From Calditrichia bacterium (GTDB lineage Bacteria > Calditrichota > Calditrichia > RBG-13-44-9 > J075): 64,000 nucleotides of DNA. This document shows positions 8,277 through 17,971 of this stretch, in pieces (position 1 is the first letter of the stretch; every line of letters starts with the position of its first letter). The DNA is taken from contig JBOEGD010000009.1 of assembly GCA_050633245.1 (NCBI GenBank), positions 192,001 through 256,000 of the forward strand. The letters are read 5' to 3'. The notes beneath the pieces are model-generated. The model did not search any database and was not told the origin of the DNA. It saw only the letters and a list, made by a program, of their open reading frames with translations. The position numbers and the translations under genes are program-made.

Positions 8277-11185
8277 TAATGTTCCTCCTTACTAGCCAGA
8301 TAGGTAACGGCCGGGTCGACGCCCATATTCACACCATTGGTGTAAAGAACTTTCATTGCCCGTTCCTTCTCTTGAGATTTCTTATATACTTTCGATTCTT
8401 TGTCCAGAGCATTACCGAAGGTGATTGCGTGTGTCGGACAAACCTGAGCACATGCCGTCGTGAAATCACCATCTTTCACCTTACGGCCTTCGTCTTTCGC
8501 ATGATCCTTGGCGCGGCGAATACGCTGAACGCAGAAGGTACACTTCTCCATTACGCCTTTTGGACGAACCCACATATCCGGGTTGATCATTCGGCTCATT
8601 GGCTCTTGCCAATACCCGCGATCTGTCCAGTCGAACCAGTTGAAGCGACGCACTTTATACGGGCAGTTGTTGTGGCAGTAACGCGTTCCAACACAGCGGT
8701 TGTAGACCATTACGTTCAGGCCTTCCGGATTGTGATAGGTGGCGTAAACCGGACAAACGTTCTCGCAAGGAGCGTTGTCGCAGTGCTGGCACATCATTAT
8801 GAGACTGTCCATTGTTCCATCTTCAAAGTAGTAAGGCTGAAAACGAATCCAGGACATTTCACGTCCATTCAGGTTTTCTTCCCGACCCACGACCGGAACA
8901 TTGTTTTCGATATAACAGGCCGCAATACAGGCGTTACAGCCAACACAGCTATCCTGATCAATCGTCATTTCCCACTTGTAGTCGTTATAAACGATCGTCG
9001 GATACAGCGTTTCTTCACCCGTGATATTATCATGCAGTGGATCGTGTGTATGACTGTGATCCGGGCGTACGATAGGACGCTCGCCATGGAACATAAAGCT
9101 ATCGGAGTTCTGAGTCATCTCTCCAGCGGTAATTGCCAGCAGAACGACCTCGTTCGTCTTTTCCAGCTTTATGCCAGAGACTTGCGAGAGAAGTTCACCG
9201 GTGCGATCATCGATCGTCAGCATTGCCGGGTTAATCTGATCGCGATAGATCATTGCAACACCGGTCGGCATGCCAGTCTGCTGCATCGCCGGAAGATTCA
9301 TGGTATCAACACCATTCGAAACGCTTAACACATCACGATTTTTCTTAGTAAAGTTGTCTGTCGTTAGGCCGAGTCCGGCATACTCTTCATTCGAGATCGA
9401 TATCCAACTACCATAACTTACGGTGGTCAGCGGATCGGGAATCTCGGTAAGAAGCGTGATGACCTTGCTTCGACCATCGCCAACACGTGGAGAAAGGCAG
9501 GCGTAAACGGTGATTCCGTCTGAAGCAGCTGGCGCCATTCTGGCGGAGCCAAGAAACGATGCGGTATTACCTTCATTCAGTGAAGCGCTTATGCTGCTGA
9601 CGCTCACCTTGGTAAATCCATCTGTCATCAGCTTGTTAAAACCATCTTCGCCAAGACTGCTTTTCCACTTGTCCTGAACGTGATCGGCATATGTCTTTTC
9701 AGACGCAGGATCCATAATCTTCATTAGAATATCACCTACTGTATGGCTATCATACAGCGGCTGTAGCACAGGCTTCATAAAGCCAACCATGCCGCGTTGC
9801 GTCGAAACATCACCGAATGATTCATATCCATTTGTTAATGGAAGAACAAGATCGGCAGCTTTCGCAGTTGGGGTATCGAACGCGTATTCTTCAATGAAGT
9901 CGGCATCCTGCATCAGGAAGTCCGTCATACAGACAGTCAATCCAGCTTTTGCAAGACCACTTTTCAAGGCTTCTGCGCGATTGTAGGTAGATAACGGATC
10001 AGAGTCAGCAATAAACATTACGCCGACATTTCCAGAGTTTAGACGTTTTTCCAGGCGATCCATATCGGCATAAGAGCCGCAGGAGCTAAAATCGTAGCTG
10101 TTTGTAAAGTCTACCGTGGTATTTACCATTCCGGTAATCCACTGAAGCACTCCGGCAAGCACTGCCGTTTCAAGTCCATTCTTTTGTGCCGTTGAAACGC
10201 CACCGGCAATAACCAGCGGATTGCGAGCTTTTACAAATCCCTGAGTAATCTTTTTCAGCGTATCGTCAGACAGACCGGTCATTTCAGCGGCTTTATCTGC
10301 TGAGACTTTCGGAAGCGCATTGGCGAGGTTGGCTGAGAGGGACTTTCGTGCCAGATCGTTTTGGGTTAGGAACCCAATAATATAAGCCAGTAGATACGGC
10401 TCACTTCCGGGCTTCACGGCCAGCTTATAGTCCGCTTTAAAACCACTCATAGATGCATGTGGTTCGGCGTGCATCCACTTCAGGTGCGTATCGTGGCGGG
10501 CATCGACCAGCTGGGAAGAAAAACTTACCGGATTCACAAATGTTTCCAGCAAATCAGCGCCTACCGTCAGCAGAAAGTCGGCGTCTTTGATCTTGTAATC
10601 CGGAACTGCGTCTACTCCAAAGAGCATCACGTTTGCCCGTCGCAACGTATTATATGCCTGCGGCTCAAATTCCGGAAGTCGCTCTACACCGGTTTCAGAG
10701 GCAAAAGAATTTATCACCTCGCTCAGCGTTCCGCTGGTGCGACCGGAGAGGAACAAACTTTGTTTTCCGGCACCGTTGGCTTTAGTCAGTTCATTTTCAA
10801 TAAGCTTAAATGCTTCATCCCAGCTAATCTGTAAATAGACACCATCTTTTTTCAGCATAGGTGTTTTCAAACGCATCGGATGATACAGGCGCATTAGAGA
10901 AGCCTGACAGCGCATACACGTAGCCCCTTTACTGCCGGGGTGTGCCTTATTTCCTTCGATCTTGATTGGGTTATAGTCAACCAGCTTAACCGAAACGCCG
11001 CAGCCACTCCCGCACTCAGTGCAAGTGGTATTACGATACATCGGCTCACCGGGTAAATAATCCGGATCGGTAGGTGCATACATTTTTGAGAGAATTTTTT
11101 CCGTGCTGTATTCCACGCCGCAGGAGGAGATTACCGCAGCACTGGAAGCCATTCCCATAAATTTCAAGAAGTCTCGTCTATCCAT
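8276..11185 (-). CDS. actB: Alternative complex III subunit ActB (Tat lipoprotein; molybdopterin-oxidoreductase-like plus Fe-S domains)
   Basis: Tat signal DRRDFLK with lipobox ISSC. Fe-S motifs CVGCNACIAAC, CQHCDNAPCENVCP, CVGTRYCHNNCP, CTFC, CAQVCP. Confidence 0.92.
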   Translation of the reverse strand: MDRRDFLKFMGMASSAAVISSCGVEYSTEKILSKMYAPTDPDYLPGEPMYRNTTCTECGSGCGVSVKLVDYNPIKIEGNKAHPGSKGATCMRCQASLMRLYHPMRLKTPMLKKDGVYLQISWDEAFKLIENELTKANGAGKQSLFLSGRTSGTLSEVINSFASETGVERLPEFEPQAYNTLRRANVMLFGVDAVPDYKIKDADFLLTVGADLLETFVNPVSFSSQLVDARHDTHLKWMHAEPHASMSGFKADYKLAVKPGSEPYLLAYIIGFLTQNDLARKSLSANLANALPKVSADKAAEMTGLSDDTLKKITQGFVKARNPLVIAGGVSTAQKNGLETAVLAGVLQWITGMVNTTVDFTNSYDFSSCGSYADMDRLEKRLNSGNVGVMFIADSDPLSTYNRAEALKSGLAKAGLTVCMTDFLMQDADFIEEYAFDTPTAKAADLVLPLTNGYESFGDVSTQRGMVGFMKPVLQPLYDSHTVGDILMKIMDPASEKTYADHVQDKWKSSLGEDGFNKLMTDGFTKVSVSSISASLNEGNTASFLGSARMAPAASDGITVYACLSPRVGDGRSKVITLLTEIPDPLTTVSYGSWISISNEEYAGLGLTTDNFTKKNRDVLSVSNGVDTMNLPAMQQTGMPTGVAMIYRDQINPAMLTIDDRTGELLSQVSGIKLEKTNEVVLLAITAGEMTQNSDSFMFHGERPIVRPDHSHTHDPLHDNITGEETLYPTIVYNDYKWEMTIDQDSCVGCNACIAACYIENNVPVVGREENLNGREMSWIRFQPYYFEDGTMDSLIMMCQHCDNAPCENVCPVYATYHNPEGLNVMVYNRCVGTRYCHNNCPYKVRRFNWFDWTDRGYWQEPMSRMINPDMWVRPKGVMEKCTFCVQRIRRAKDHAKDEGRKVKDGDFTTACAQVCPTHAITFGNALDKESKVYKKSQEKERAMKVLYTNGVNMGVDPAVTYLASKEEH

Positions 11186-11203
11186 TACAATTCTCCAATA
11201 ACA

Positions 11204-11716
11204 TTATTTATGGCAGGTAGCACAGTCCCACTCAGCACCATTTTGTCTGTGACAGGAAACGCAAAACCCCATCTGGAAGGTGCGCACGCGTTTTACTTTC
11301 TTAACAACCGTCATGTCTCCATGGCAGCTTTCACATTCCACACCGGCGGCAATGTGACGCTTATGAGAAAAATAAACATGGTCGGGCACTTGGTGGATAC
11401 GACTCCACGGAACCGGCTCTTTCTTCTCCCAGTAAGCTTTCAATTTATCGATTTCCGGTCCTTTTACAGCTGTATTTTGCTCGTGGCAGTTCATACAGAT
11501 TTGTAGAGGAGGAATTCCGGCATGTTTGGATTTTTCCACATAAAGGTGACAAGTGGTGCATTCCAGCTGCTGATTCCCGGCATGGAGGTCATGGGGAAAA
11601 TTGATGGGCTGCGGTTCGGGCTCTTCGAAAGTGTCCCAATAGACACCGGCGCCAACCATTGCAACCATCAGGAACACAAACAATCCCGCCAGAGCGGTCG
11701 GAATAACAAAACGCAT
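11204..11716 (-). CDS. actA: Alternative complex III subunit ActA, membrane-anchored pentaheme cytochrome c
   Basis: N-terminal TM, QPINFPHDLH, five CxxCH (CTTCH, CMNCH, CESCH, CVSCH, CATCH), FSHKRH. Confidence 0.9.
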   Translation of the reverse strand: MRFVIPTALAGLFVFLMVAMVGAGVYWDTFEEPEPQPINFPHDLHAGNQQLECTTCHLYVEKSKHAGIPPLQICMNCHEQNTAVKGPEIDKLKAYWEKKEPVPWSRIHQVPDHVYFSHKRHIAAGVECESCHGDMTVVKKVKRVRTFQMGFCVSCHRQNGAEWDCATCHK

Positions 11717-11778
11717 TGTGGTCTCCTGTATCTCTATCTCTTATATCTTAGACTGTTTTTATTCAACTCTATTTTCGA

Positions 11779-13104
11779 TTACTGCTGTTGGAATTCTTCC
11801 ATACGCTTCAACAAATACATTGCAGCAGACTCCGCTTCAAACGGCTTCAATCCCTGGCTAGGCATTGCCGGGTAATTGGCATCTACTTTAATCGGATTGT
11901 AGATATATTCCTTCAGCGCTTCTACATCGCCATTGTATTTCGGTACAACATCGATATGCGGCGGTCCAACCAGCTTCACGTCAAAACGGTGACAAGCCGC
12001 ACACTTTGCAGCGTAGATCTCTTCACCCAACTCAATAGAAGCCTCAACACCGCGTGATTTCTCGGAACGAGCGATCTCAATGTCAAAGGCGACCTTTTCA
12101 GCGATTTGGTCCAGCTTATAATTTTGATACAGTAGTGAATTTCCGCGAGCGGCGCTTTCGGTAACAAACGTCATTAGAAAGAAGCCAAGCAGGAAAACAA
12201 AAACACTGGTTGCCGGAGCGGTAGTCTTACTGCTCAAAATACCATAGCTTCGCAGCACGGCAAGCATCAGAAAGAAGAGCACCACTACGCCAAGCAGGTA
12301 AACGAGCTTCGATTTTGCCGGGTACGGCAGTGTCACCATAAACCAGAGAAACATCAATGCCGAAAGTATGGAAAATGCCAACGTTGTGCCGCCACCAACA
12401 TTTCGAACCAGACCACGATAATCGGTCCCCATCTCCTCTTCTTTGCCGCCGTCCCAACGAAAGAAGTAGAATAAAATGGATGCGCCGGTAAACGCAAGAG
12501 ACGCGAACAGAAATAGCTTAAAGCGGGCGATCATATTCCAGTCAAACGTCAATGGAATGATGGACTGAATCTGATCCCACTTTTCCGGCCACATTAATAC
12601 CGTCACTGAACTCACAAAGGCAAAAATCCCCGCCGTTAGCGTGCCAGCGGAACCAAGCCCGAGAAAGGCATGCATGCCGATTGATTTGTCGCGAGTGGCA
12701 AAGCTTTTGTTAAAGACATACGCACTTATAATACCAGCGGCAATCAAAATTGTGGTAATCAGTAAATATTGGCCGATGTTTGCATAAATAACCGAACCAT
12801 ACATTAACTGAGAGAACGCAATCAGCATAGTTACCAGCGGCAGAATGGCGAGAACCAATCCCGCGACCAGATTATTTCCAAGCATACCCATTACCTCTTC
12901 AGAGAAGCGCGACAAAAGCGGCTTTTCTTCGAAGTGTCCCTTGGTACTGGCGGCAAGCGAAAATACAACGCTCCCAAAAAGCACACTGATATAAGGAACA
13001 AAAAGGAATGAGAGAACTATAACAATATACCTGGCGATAACAATGAAGTCTGCCCTGGGTTCGTACAGTGGAAGAAGCGACTGTACAACGTTTAACGAAT
13101 CCAT
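11779..13104 (-). CDS. Polytopic membrane protein with C-terminal class I monoheme cytochrome c domain
   Basis: About 9 hydrophobic segments, then GEEIYAAKCAACH...VGPP...YPAMP (His/Met ligation). Confidence 0.8.
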   Translation of the reverse strand: MDSLNVVQSLLPLYEPRADFIVIARYIVIVLSFLFVPYISVLFGSVVFSLAASTKGHFEEKPLLSRFSEEVMGMLGNNLVAGLVLAILPLVTMLIAFSQLMYGSVIYANIGQYLLITTILIAAGIISAYVFNKSFATRDKSIGMHAFLGLGSAGTLTAGIFAFVSSVTVLMWPEKWDQIQSIIPLTFDWNMIARFKLFLFASLAFTGASILFYFFRWDGGKEEEMGTDYRGLVRNVGGGTTLAFSILSALMFLWFMVTLPYPAKSKLVYLLGVVVLFFLMLAVLRSYGILSSKTTAPATSVFVFLLGFFLMTFVTESAARGNSLLYQNYKLDQIAEKVAFDIEIARSEKSRGVEASIELGEEIYAAKCAACHRFDVKLVGPPHIDVVPKYNGDVEALKEYIYNPIKVDANYPAMPSQGLKPFEAESAAMYLLKRMEEFQQQ

Positions 13105-13539
13105 ACTATGCAGCTCCTTATATAGTATTGAAAATTACTTTAGCAATTCTGATATGCATTGTCATATGTGTGATGGACAGCGATACAGCAATTTTTGATG
13201 GCGAATTTTTAGTGAAAGACAGGCTTTTTTTAACGCTTATTCCCTATCCCCCCGGGCAAAATAAGCTATGCACTTAACTTCCAAATCCACACTAGCTGCA
13301 TAAGATAATAAAAGAAATTCTATTAAGTAAGAATTACTTTTAAAAATCTTAGGGCTAAACGTATCCTTTTGTAAAACAAACTATTTATTTCACAAGCACT
13401 GGAAAATATAACATATCAGATGTCAAATACAAGACTTTGTGAAAAAAATTTCAAGAGAATTCAACACGCATTTACCCAATCACAAACTGACCCAAAAACG
13501 ATTAATATTCGTTCTAATCCTAGTATTATCGAACGTCTG

Positions 13540-14919
13540 TCAGTTTTCTTTAAGGGCAGCAAGCGATTCCTGAATCATCTTTTTACCGTCACCGAAAAGC
13601 ATCAGCGCATTGTCAGCAGCAAAAAGTGGGTTGGGAATCCCGGCAAAGCCCGGACTTAAGCTGCGTTTGATAACGATAACCGTGCGAGCCATGTCTACAT
13701 TGATAATCGGCATTCCGGCAATCGCACTCTTTGGGTCTGTTCTGGCAAGTGGATTAACCACATCGTTTGCTCCAAGTACAATTGCAACATCTACCTGTTC
13801 AATAGTTTGGTTTACAGCGTCCATTTCCAACAGCTTATCGTAGGGAATATCTGCCTCAGCCAGAAGCACATTCATGTGCCCGGGCATACGTCCGGCAACC
13901 GGGTGAATAGCAAAGTCGACATTCACTCCCCTTCCCTCCAGCAAATTGAACAGATCGCGTACTGCATGTTGAGCCTGAGCAACTGCCATCCCATAGCCGG
14001 GGACTATCGTTACCTGACGAGCCGTATCCAGCAGGATTGCCAGTTCATCAGGTGAGGTGCGCTTAATCTTGCCTTCATAAACATCATCCGCGCTGGCTGC
14101 TTCCGTCACTTCTCCAAATCCACCAAAAAGCACGTTGGTCAAAGAACGATTCATGGCCTTGCACATAATATTGGTTAGGATCAGTCCTGAGGCACCAACT
14201 AATGAACCGGCAATAATAAGAACACTGTTAGATAGCACAAACCCTGTGGCAGAAGCGGCAAGCCCGGAATAGCTGTTAAGCAGTGCCACAACAACCGGCA
14301 TATCAGCTCCGCCAATCGGCAGCACCAGAATAACGCCGAGTGCACATGCCACGGCAATCATTATCCAATACATATCGGTAGCTTCAGGCTGCTGCACCAC
14401 CATTACTCCCAACGCCACGCTTCCAACCAAAAAAAGGAGCTTAACAATTTGTTCGCCTGTATAGCGCACCGGCTTTTCAGTCACAAAACCTTTCAGCTTG
14501 CCAAAAGCAATTAGACTTCCCAGGAATGTAACCGATCCAATAATACCAGACGTCGCGATGGCAATTAGTGGGGTTAACTGAAGCGTTAGCTCACCACCGC
14601 GCATAAGCTCGGCACCGGCAATTAGAAAAGACGCCAGGCCACCAAAACCATTTAGCACGGCAACCAACTCCGGCATAGACGTCATTTCGATCTTTATCGC
14701 AAGCATCGCGCCGATCAGTGAACCGATCAATACGCCCACCAGGATCAAGTCAAAGCTAAGCCCGCCTTGGAGTAGCGTGGCAACTATAGCAACGAACATA
14801 CCCAAAGCACCGAGTAAATTCCCGCGCACCGCCGTTCGTGGGTGTGACAGGCCTTTTAGTCCTAATATAAAGAGAACCGAGGCCACTAAATAAGACAATG
14901 CAATAAGCTGAGTAGACAT
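13540..14919 (-). CDS. pntB: NAD(P) transhydrogenase subunit beta
   Basis: GGADMPVVVALLNSYSG, VPGYGMAVAQAQ, IHPVAGRMPGHMNVLLAEA, GANDVVNP. Confidence 0.97.
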   Translation of the reverse strand: MSTQLIALSYLVASVLFILGLKGLSHPRTAVRGNLLGALGMFVAIVATLLQGGLSFDLILVGVLIGSLIGAMLAIKIEMTSMPELVAVLNGFGGLASFLIAGAELMRGGELTLQLTPLIAIATSGIIGSVTFLGSLIAFGKLKGFVTEKPVRYTGEQIVKLLFLVGSVALGVMVVQQPEATDMYWIMIAVACALGVILVLPIGGADMPVVVALLNSYSGLAASATGFVLSNSVLIIAGSLVGASGLILTNIMCKAMNRSLTNVLFGGFGEVTEAASADDVYEGKIKRTSPDELAILLDTARQVTIVPGYGMAVAQAQHAVRDLFNLLEGRGVNVDFAIHPVAGRMPGHMNVLLAEADIPYDKLLEMDAVNQTIEQVDVAIVLGANDVVNPLARTDPKSAIAGMPIINVDMARTVIVIKRSLSPGFAGIPNPLFAADNALMLFGDGKKMIQESLAALKEN

Positions 14920-14922
14920 GGC

Positions 14923-15234
14923 CTAGTCCTTTCTCTTAAACATTTCAAGCATACGGTGAGTGACCATAAAACCGCCAACCACATTAATCGTCGCAAAGAT
15001 AACCGCCAGCATGCCAAGAATACTGGTGAGTGGATAACCAAGCACCATCGTGCTGGAAAGAGATCCTTCAACGCTTAGCCCTGCAGACAGAAGCGCTCCC
15101 ACGATGGTAATACCAGAGATCGCATTCGATCCTGACATCAGCGGCGTGTGCAGCGTAGATGGCACTTTAGTAATCAGCTCGAACCCTAGAAATATAGCGA
15201 GCACAAATACGGTTAAAGCAGCTAAAAATTCCAT
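14923..15234 (-). CDS. pntAb: NAD(P) transhydrogenase subunit alpha part 2
   Basis: VPSTLHTPLMSGSNAISG, NVVGGFMVTHRMLEMF. Confidence 0.95.
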   Translation of the reverse strand: MEFLAALTVFVLAIFLGFELITKVPSTLHTPLMSGSNAISGITIVGALLSAGLSVEGSLSSTMVLGYPLTSILGMLAVIFATINVVGGFMVTHRMLEMFKRKD

Positions 15235-15273
15235 ATTTACAATCCTGCTTTTATCACTGGTATAGTCGTTTAA

Positions 15274-16428
15274 TCAGCTTATTGACAGCGCGGTTTTCAC
15301 ACGCTCGTTTACAATCTTTCCATCCTGAGTAATAAGAGAATCACGAATAATTTCATCTTCCATATCAATAGTTAATTGCCCCTCTTTCACGAACAGCCCC
15401 ATCAGGTTGGTCAAATTCTTCGAATAGGCCTGACTGGCATGGTAGGCAACGCGCGACGGAAGGTTGGTTGTTCCAACGATTGTAACGCCGTGTTTCTCAA
15501 CAACCTTATCTGCTTCGGTGAGCTCACAGTTTCCTCCGCGCTCCGCAGCAAGGTCGATAATAACCGATCGTGGTGGCATTGCTTCCACCATTGCCGCAGT
15601 AACCAGGATCGGAGCCTTTTTGCCGGGAATCGCGGCGGTTGTAATCACCACGTCCGTCTCGGATAAAATGCCGGTCATAAACTCACGCTGCTTGCGATAG
15701 AACTCTTCATCCATTTCCTTGGCGTAGCCACCCTTGTCTTCTGCGGCATCGGCCTCCAGCTCCATCTCTGCAAAGCGAGCACCCAGGCTCTCTACCTGCT
15801 CTTTTACTGCCGGACGCACGTCGTACGCCGTAACTACGGCACCCAGCCTTCTGGCAGTTGCAATCGCCTGCAGCCCTGCAACTCCGGCACCGAGAATAAA
15901 TACCTTCGCCGGAACGAGCGTGCCGGCAGCGGTCATCATCATCGGAAACAGCTTGGGCAGATAGTCTGCTGCCATCAAAACAGATTTATAGCCGGCCAGA
16001 TTGGCCATCGAAGACAGCGCATCCATACTTTGTGCTCTGGTTATGCGCGGAATCAGCTCCATGGCCATTGCCGAGACGCCGGCTTTAGCCAATGCCTCAA
16101 TTTCTTTCTTAGCCGTAAGCGGCTCACTAAACCCTATTTGCAGCTGCCCCTTTTTCGCGGAGGCTAAGTCGGATGTTCCAAGATCGGGATTCGCTCCCAG
16201 CCCACGCACTTGAAGCAACACATCGGCTTTCTGCAAAATATCTTTGCGTGCTGAAACGATGGATGCGCCTACCGCTTCATACGTTGAATCGGGGAATCCC
16301 GCCTCGGCTCCGGCACCACTTTCAACCAGAACCTCAACACCTGATTTTTTCAACGTTGTTACACCGGCGGGAATCAGCGCGACGCGCTTTTCACCCGGAA
16401 ACGTTTCCTTCACAACACCTGCTATCAT
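15274..16428 (-). CDS. pntAa: NAD(P) transhydrogenase subunit alpha part 1
   Basis: EKRVALIP, RITRAQSMDALSS, GAGVAGLQA, DLAAERGGNC. Confidence 0.96.
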   Translation of the reverse strand: MIAGVVKETFPGEKRVALIPAGVTTLKKSGVEVLVESGAGAEAGFPDSTYEAVGASIVSARKDILQKADVLLQVRGLGANPDLGTSDLASAKKGQLQIGFSEPLTAKKEIEALAKAGVSAMAMELIPRITRAQSMDALSSMANLAGYKSVLMAADYLPKLFPMMMTAAGTLVPAKVFILGAGVAGLQAIATARRLGAVVTAYDVRPAVKEQVESLGARFAEMELEADAAEDKGGYAKEMDEEFYRKQREFMTGILSETDVVITTAAIPGKKAPILVTAAMVEAMPPRSVIIDLAAERGGNCELTEADKVVEKHGVTIVGTTNLPSRVAYHASQAYSKNLTNLMGLFVKEGQLTIDMEDEIIRDSLITQDGKIVNERVKTALSIS

Positions 16429-16891
16429 AGCAAAATCTCCACGTTTGAGATCGAGGATAAAATTTGTCTGGAAATTGATTGGGGAGTCTTAGTCTTGTGG
16501 CAATGAATGAGCCGAAAGAAGCAGCAGAAGCTAGTTAAAAAACCGCAATTGTGCATACGTATTGCCACCGGCAAAAGAGTTGATCAAAATTCTATTAAGT
16601 GAGGCTAAAGCGATTAAAGCATATTCATTCTAAAAATCTAGCTAATCATGCGGACTTATCAAACAAGAAGGTGTAAAAAAATACAACAATTTTTTGCCGT
16701 GCCGCAGGAACAACCCGGCCTGGGATATGAATTGCATAATAAAGATTTTTTTATGTACCAAAACACAAGATACCAGAGCACCAGCTAAAAGACATAATTC
16801 ACCGTAATCCGCAGAAAGCTCTACACTCTACACATCATGCATAATCTCAACTCAGCACAGAGGTAAGGCTTTACCCCGAGGCAGACATAAC

Positions 16892-16916
16892 AAAAAAAGC
16901 CCGCATTGCGGGCTTT
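16892..16916 (-). terminator. Intrinsic terminator downstream of lipA
   Basis: On the minus strand AAAGCCCGCA-A-TGCGGGCTTT followed by a T tract. Confidence 0.8.
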
Positions 16917-17040
16917 AGTCGTTTTTTACAAAAATTTTATTCAGGCCTGAGAAAATAGCCGGACCTCACATATCGCGCATCATAATCATCATTCAAGTTT
17001 CATCCTGCAAATCGATTATGGTTCATCCGTTTCATCAATT

Positions 17041-17940
17041 TTACTTATTCAGAAAATCAATTGGCGGTGTAGAACATCCACCCCCATGCATTTTCTCAAC
17101 CTGCTCTTCAGCATGATAAGAACTACGCACCAGCGGTCCGGACTCAACATGACGAATGCCGAATGCCTCTCCGAGCTCCTTGTATTCTGCAAACTCATCG
17201 GGATGCACAAAGCGCTCAACCGGCAGATGTCGTTTGGTTGGCTGTAGATACTGACCAATGGTGAAGATATCAAGATTGATCTTAACCAGATCTTTCATCA
17301 GTTCCAGCACTTCTTCGCGTGTTTCACCGATGCCGACCATGATACCGGCCTTGGTAACCATGCCCTGCTTTTTGGACTCGTCTAATACCCAAAGTGAGCG
17401 ATCGTATTTGGCCTGCGGTCGTACACGGCGATATAAACGCGGTACCGTTTCAATATTGTGAGCCAAAATTTCCGGAGCCGCATCAATTACGTTCTGCAAT
17501 GGTTGCATTACGCCCTTAAAATCCGGAATAAGTACTTCTACAGAGGTATCCGGATTTAATCTGCGTATCTCGCGAATGGTCTCGGCCCATACTTCCGATC
17601 CCTGATCAGGCAACTCATCGCGGTTCACAGACGTGATAACCACATGATTTAAGCCCATCTTCTGCACAGCAATACCGACACGCTTTGGTTCATCGCGATC
17701 GTATACCGGCGGACGACCGGTTTTTATGGCACAAAAACCGCAGGAACGCGTACAGGTATCACCCAGAATCATTAATGTGGCAGTCCCTTTGCCCCAGCAC
17801 TCACTCATATTCGGGCAGCGAGCTTCCTGGCAAACGGTGTGCAGATTATTACTTTTTACGATGTCCATCAGGTCGCGATAATTGTCGTTGACCTGTAGGC
17901 GAATCTTCAGCCAATCCGGACGTGTTCGTTTTTTGCTCAT
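17041..17940 (-). CDS. lipA: Lipoyl synthase
   Basis: CQEARCPNMSEC and CTRSCGFC cluster motifs, RSSY. Confidence 0.97.
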   Translation of the reverse strand: MSKKRTRPDWLKIRLQVNDNYRDLMDIVKSNNLHTVCQEARCPNMSECWGKGTATLMILGDTCTRSCGFCAIKTGRPPVYDRDEPKRVGIAVQKMGLNHVVITSVNRDELPDQGSEVWAETIREIRRLNPDTSVEVLIPDFKGVMQPLQNVIDAAPEILAHNIETVPRLYRRVRPQAKYDRSLWVLDESKKQGMVTKAGIMVGIGETREEVLELMKDLVKINLDIFTIGQYLQPTKRHLPVERFVHPDEFAEYKELGEAFGIRHVESGPLVRSSYHAEEQVEKMHGGGCSTPPIDFLNK

Positions 17941-17971
17941 CTATCTATATCCTTGCGGTGAAAGTCATTTT

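Noticed and set aside
8279-9328. Long plus-strand ORFs (also 20622-21626, 22998-23600, 34483-35040)
   Set aside because: Antisense shadows of well-supported genes, with no recognisable motifs.
6930-11185. Polysulfide or nitrite reductase (Psr/Nrf)
   Set aside because: The pentaheme ActA, DUF3341 ActD and ActF context identifies alternative complex III.
16920-17040. Small ORFs or sRNA between lipA and its terminator
   Set aside because: Only 11-19 codon frames with weak starts; no supporting structure.
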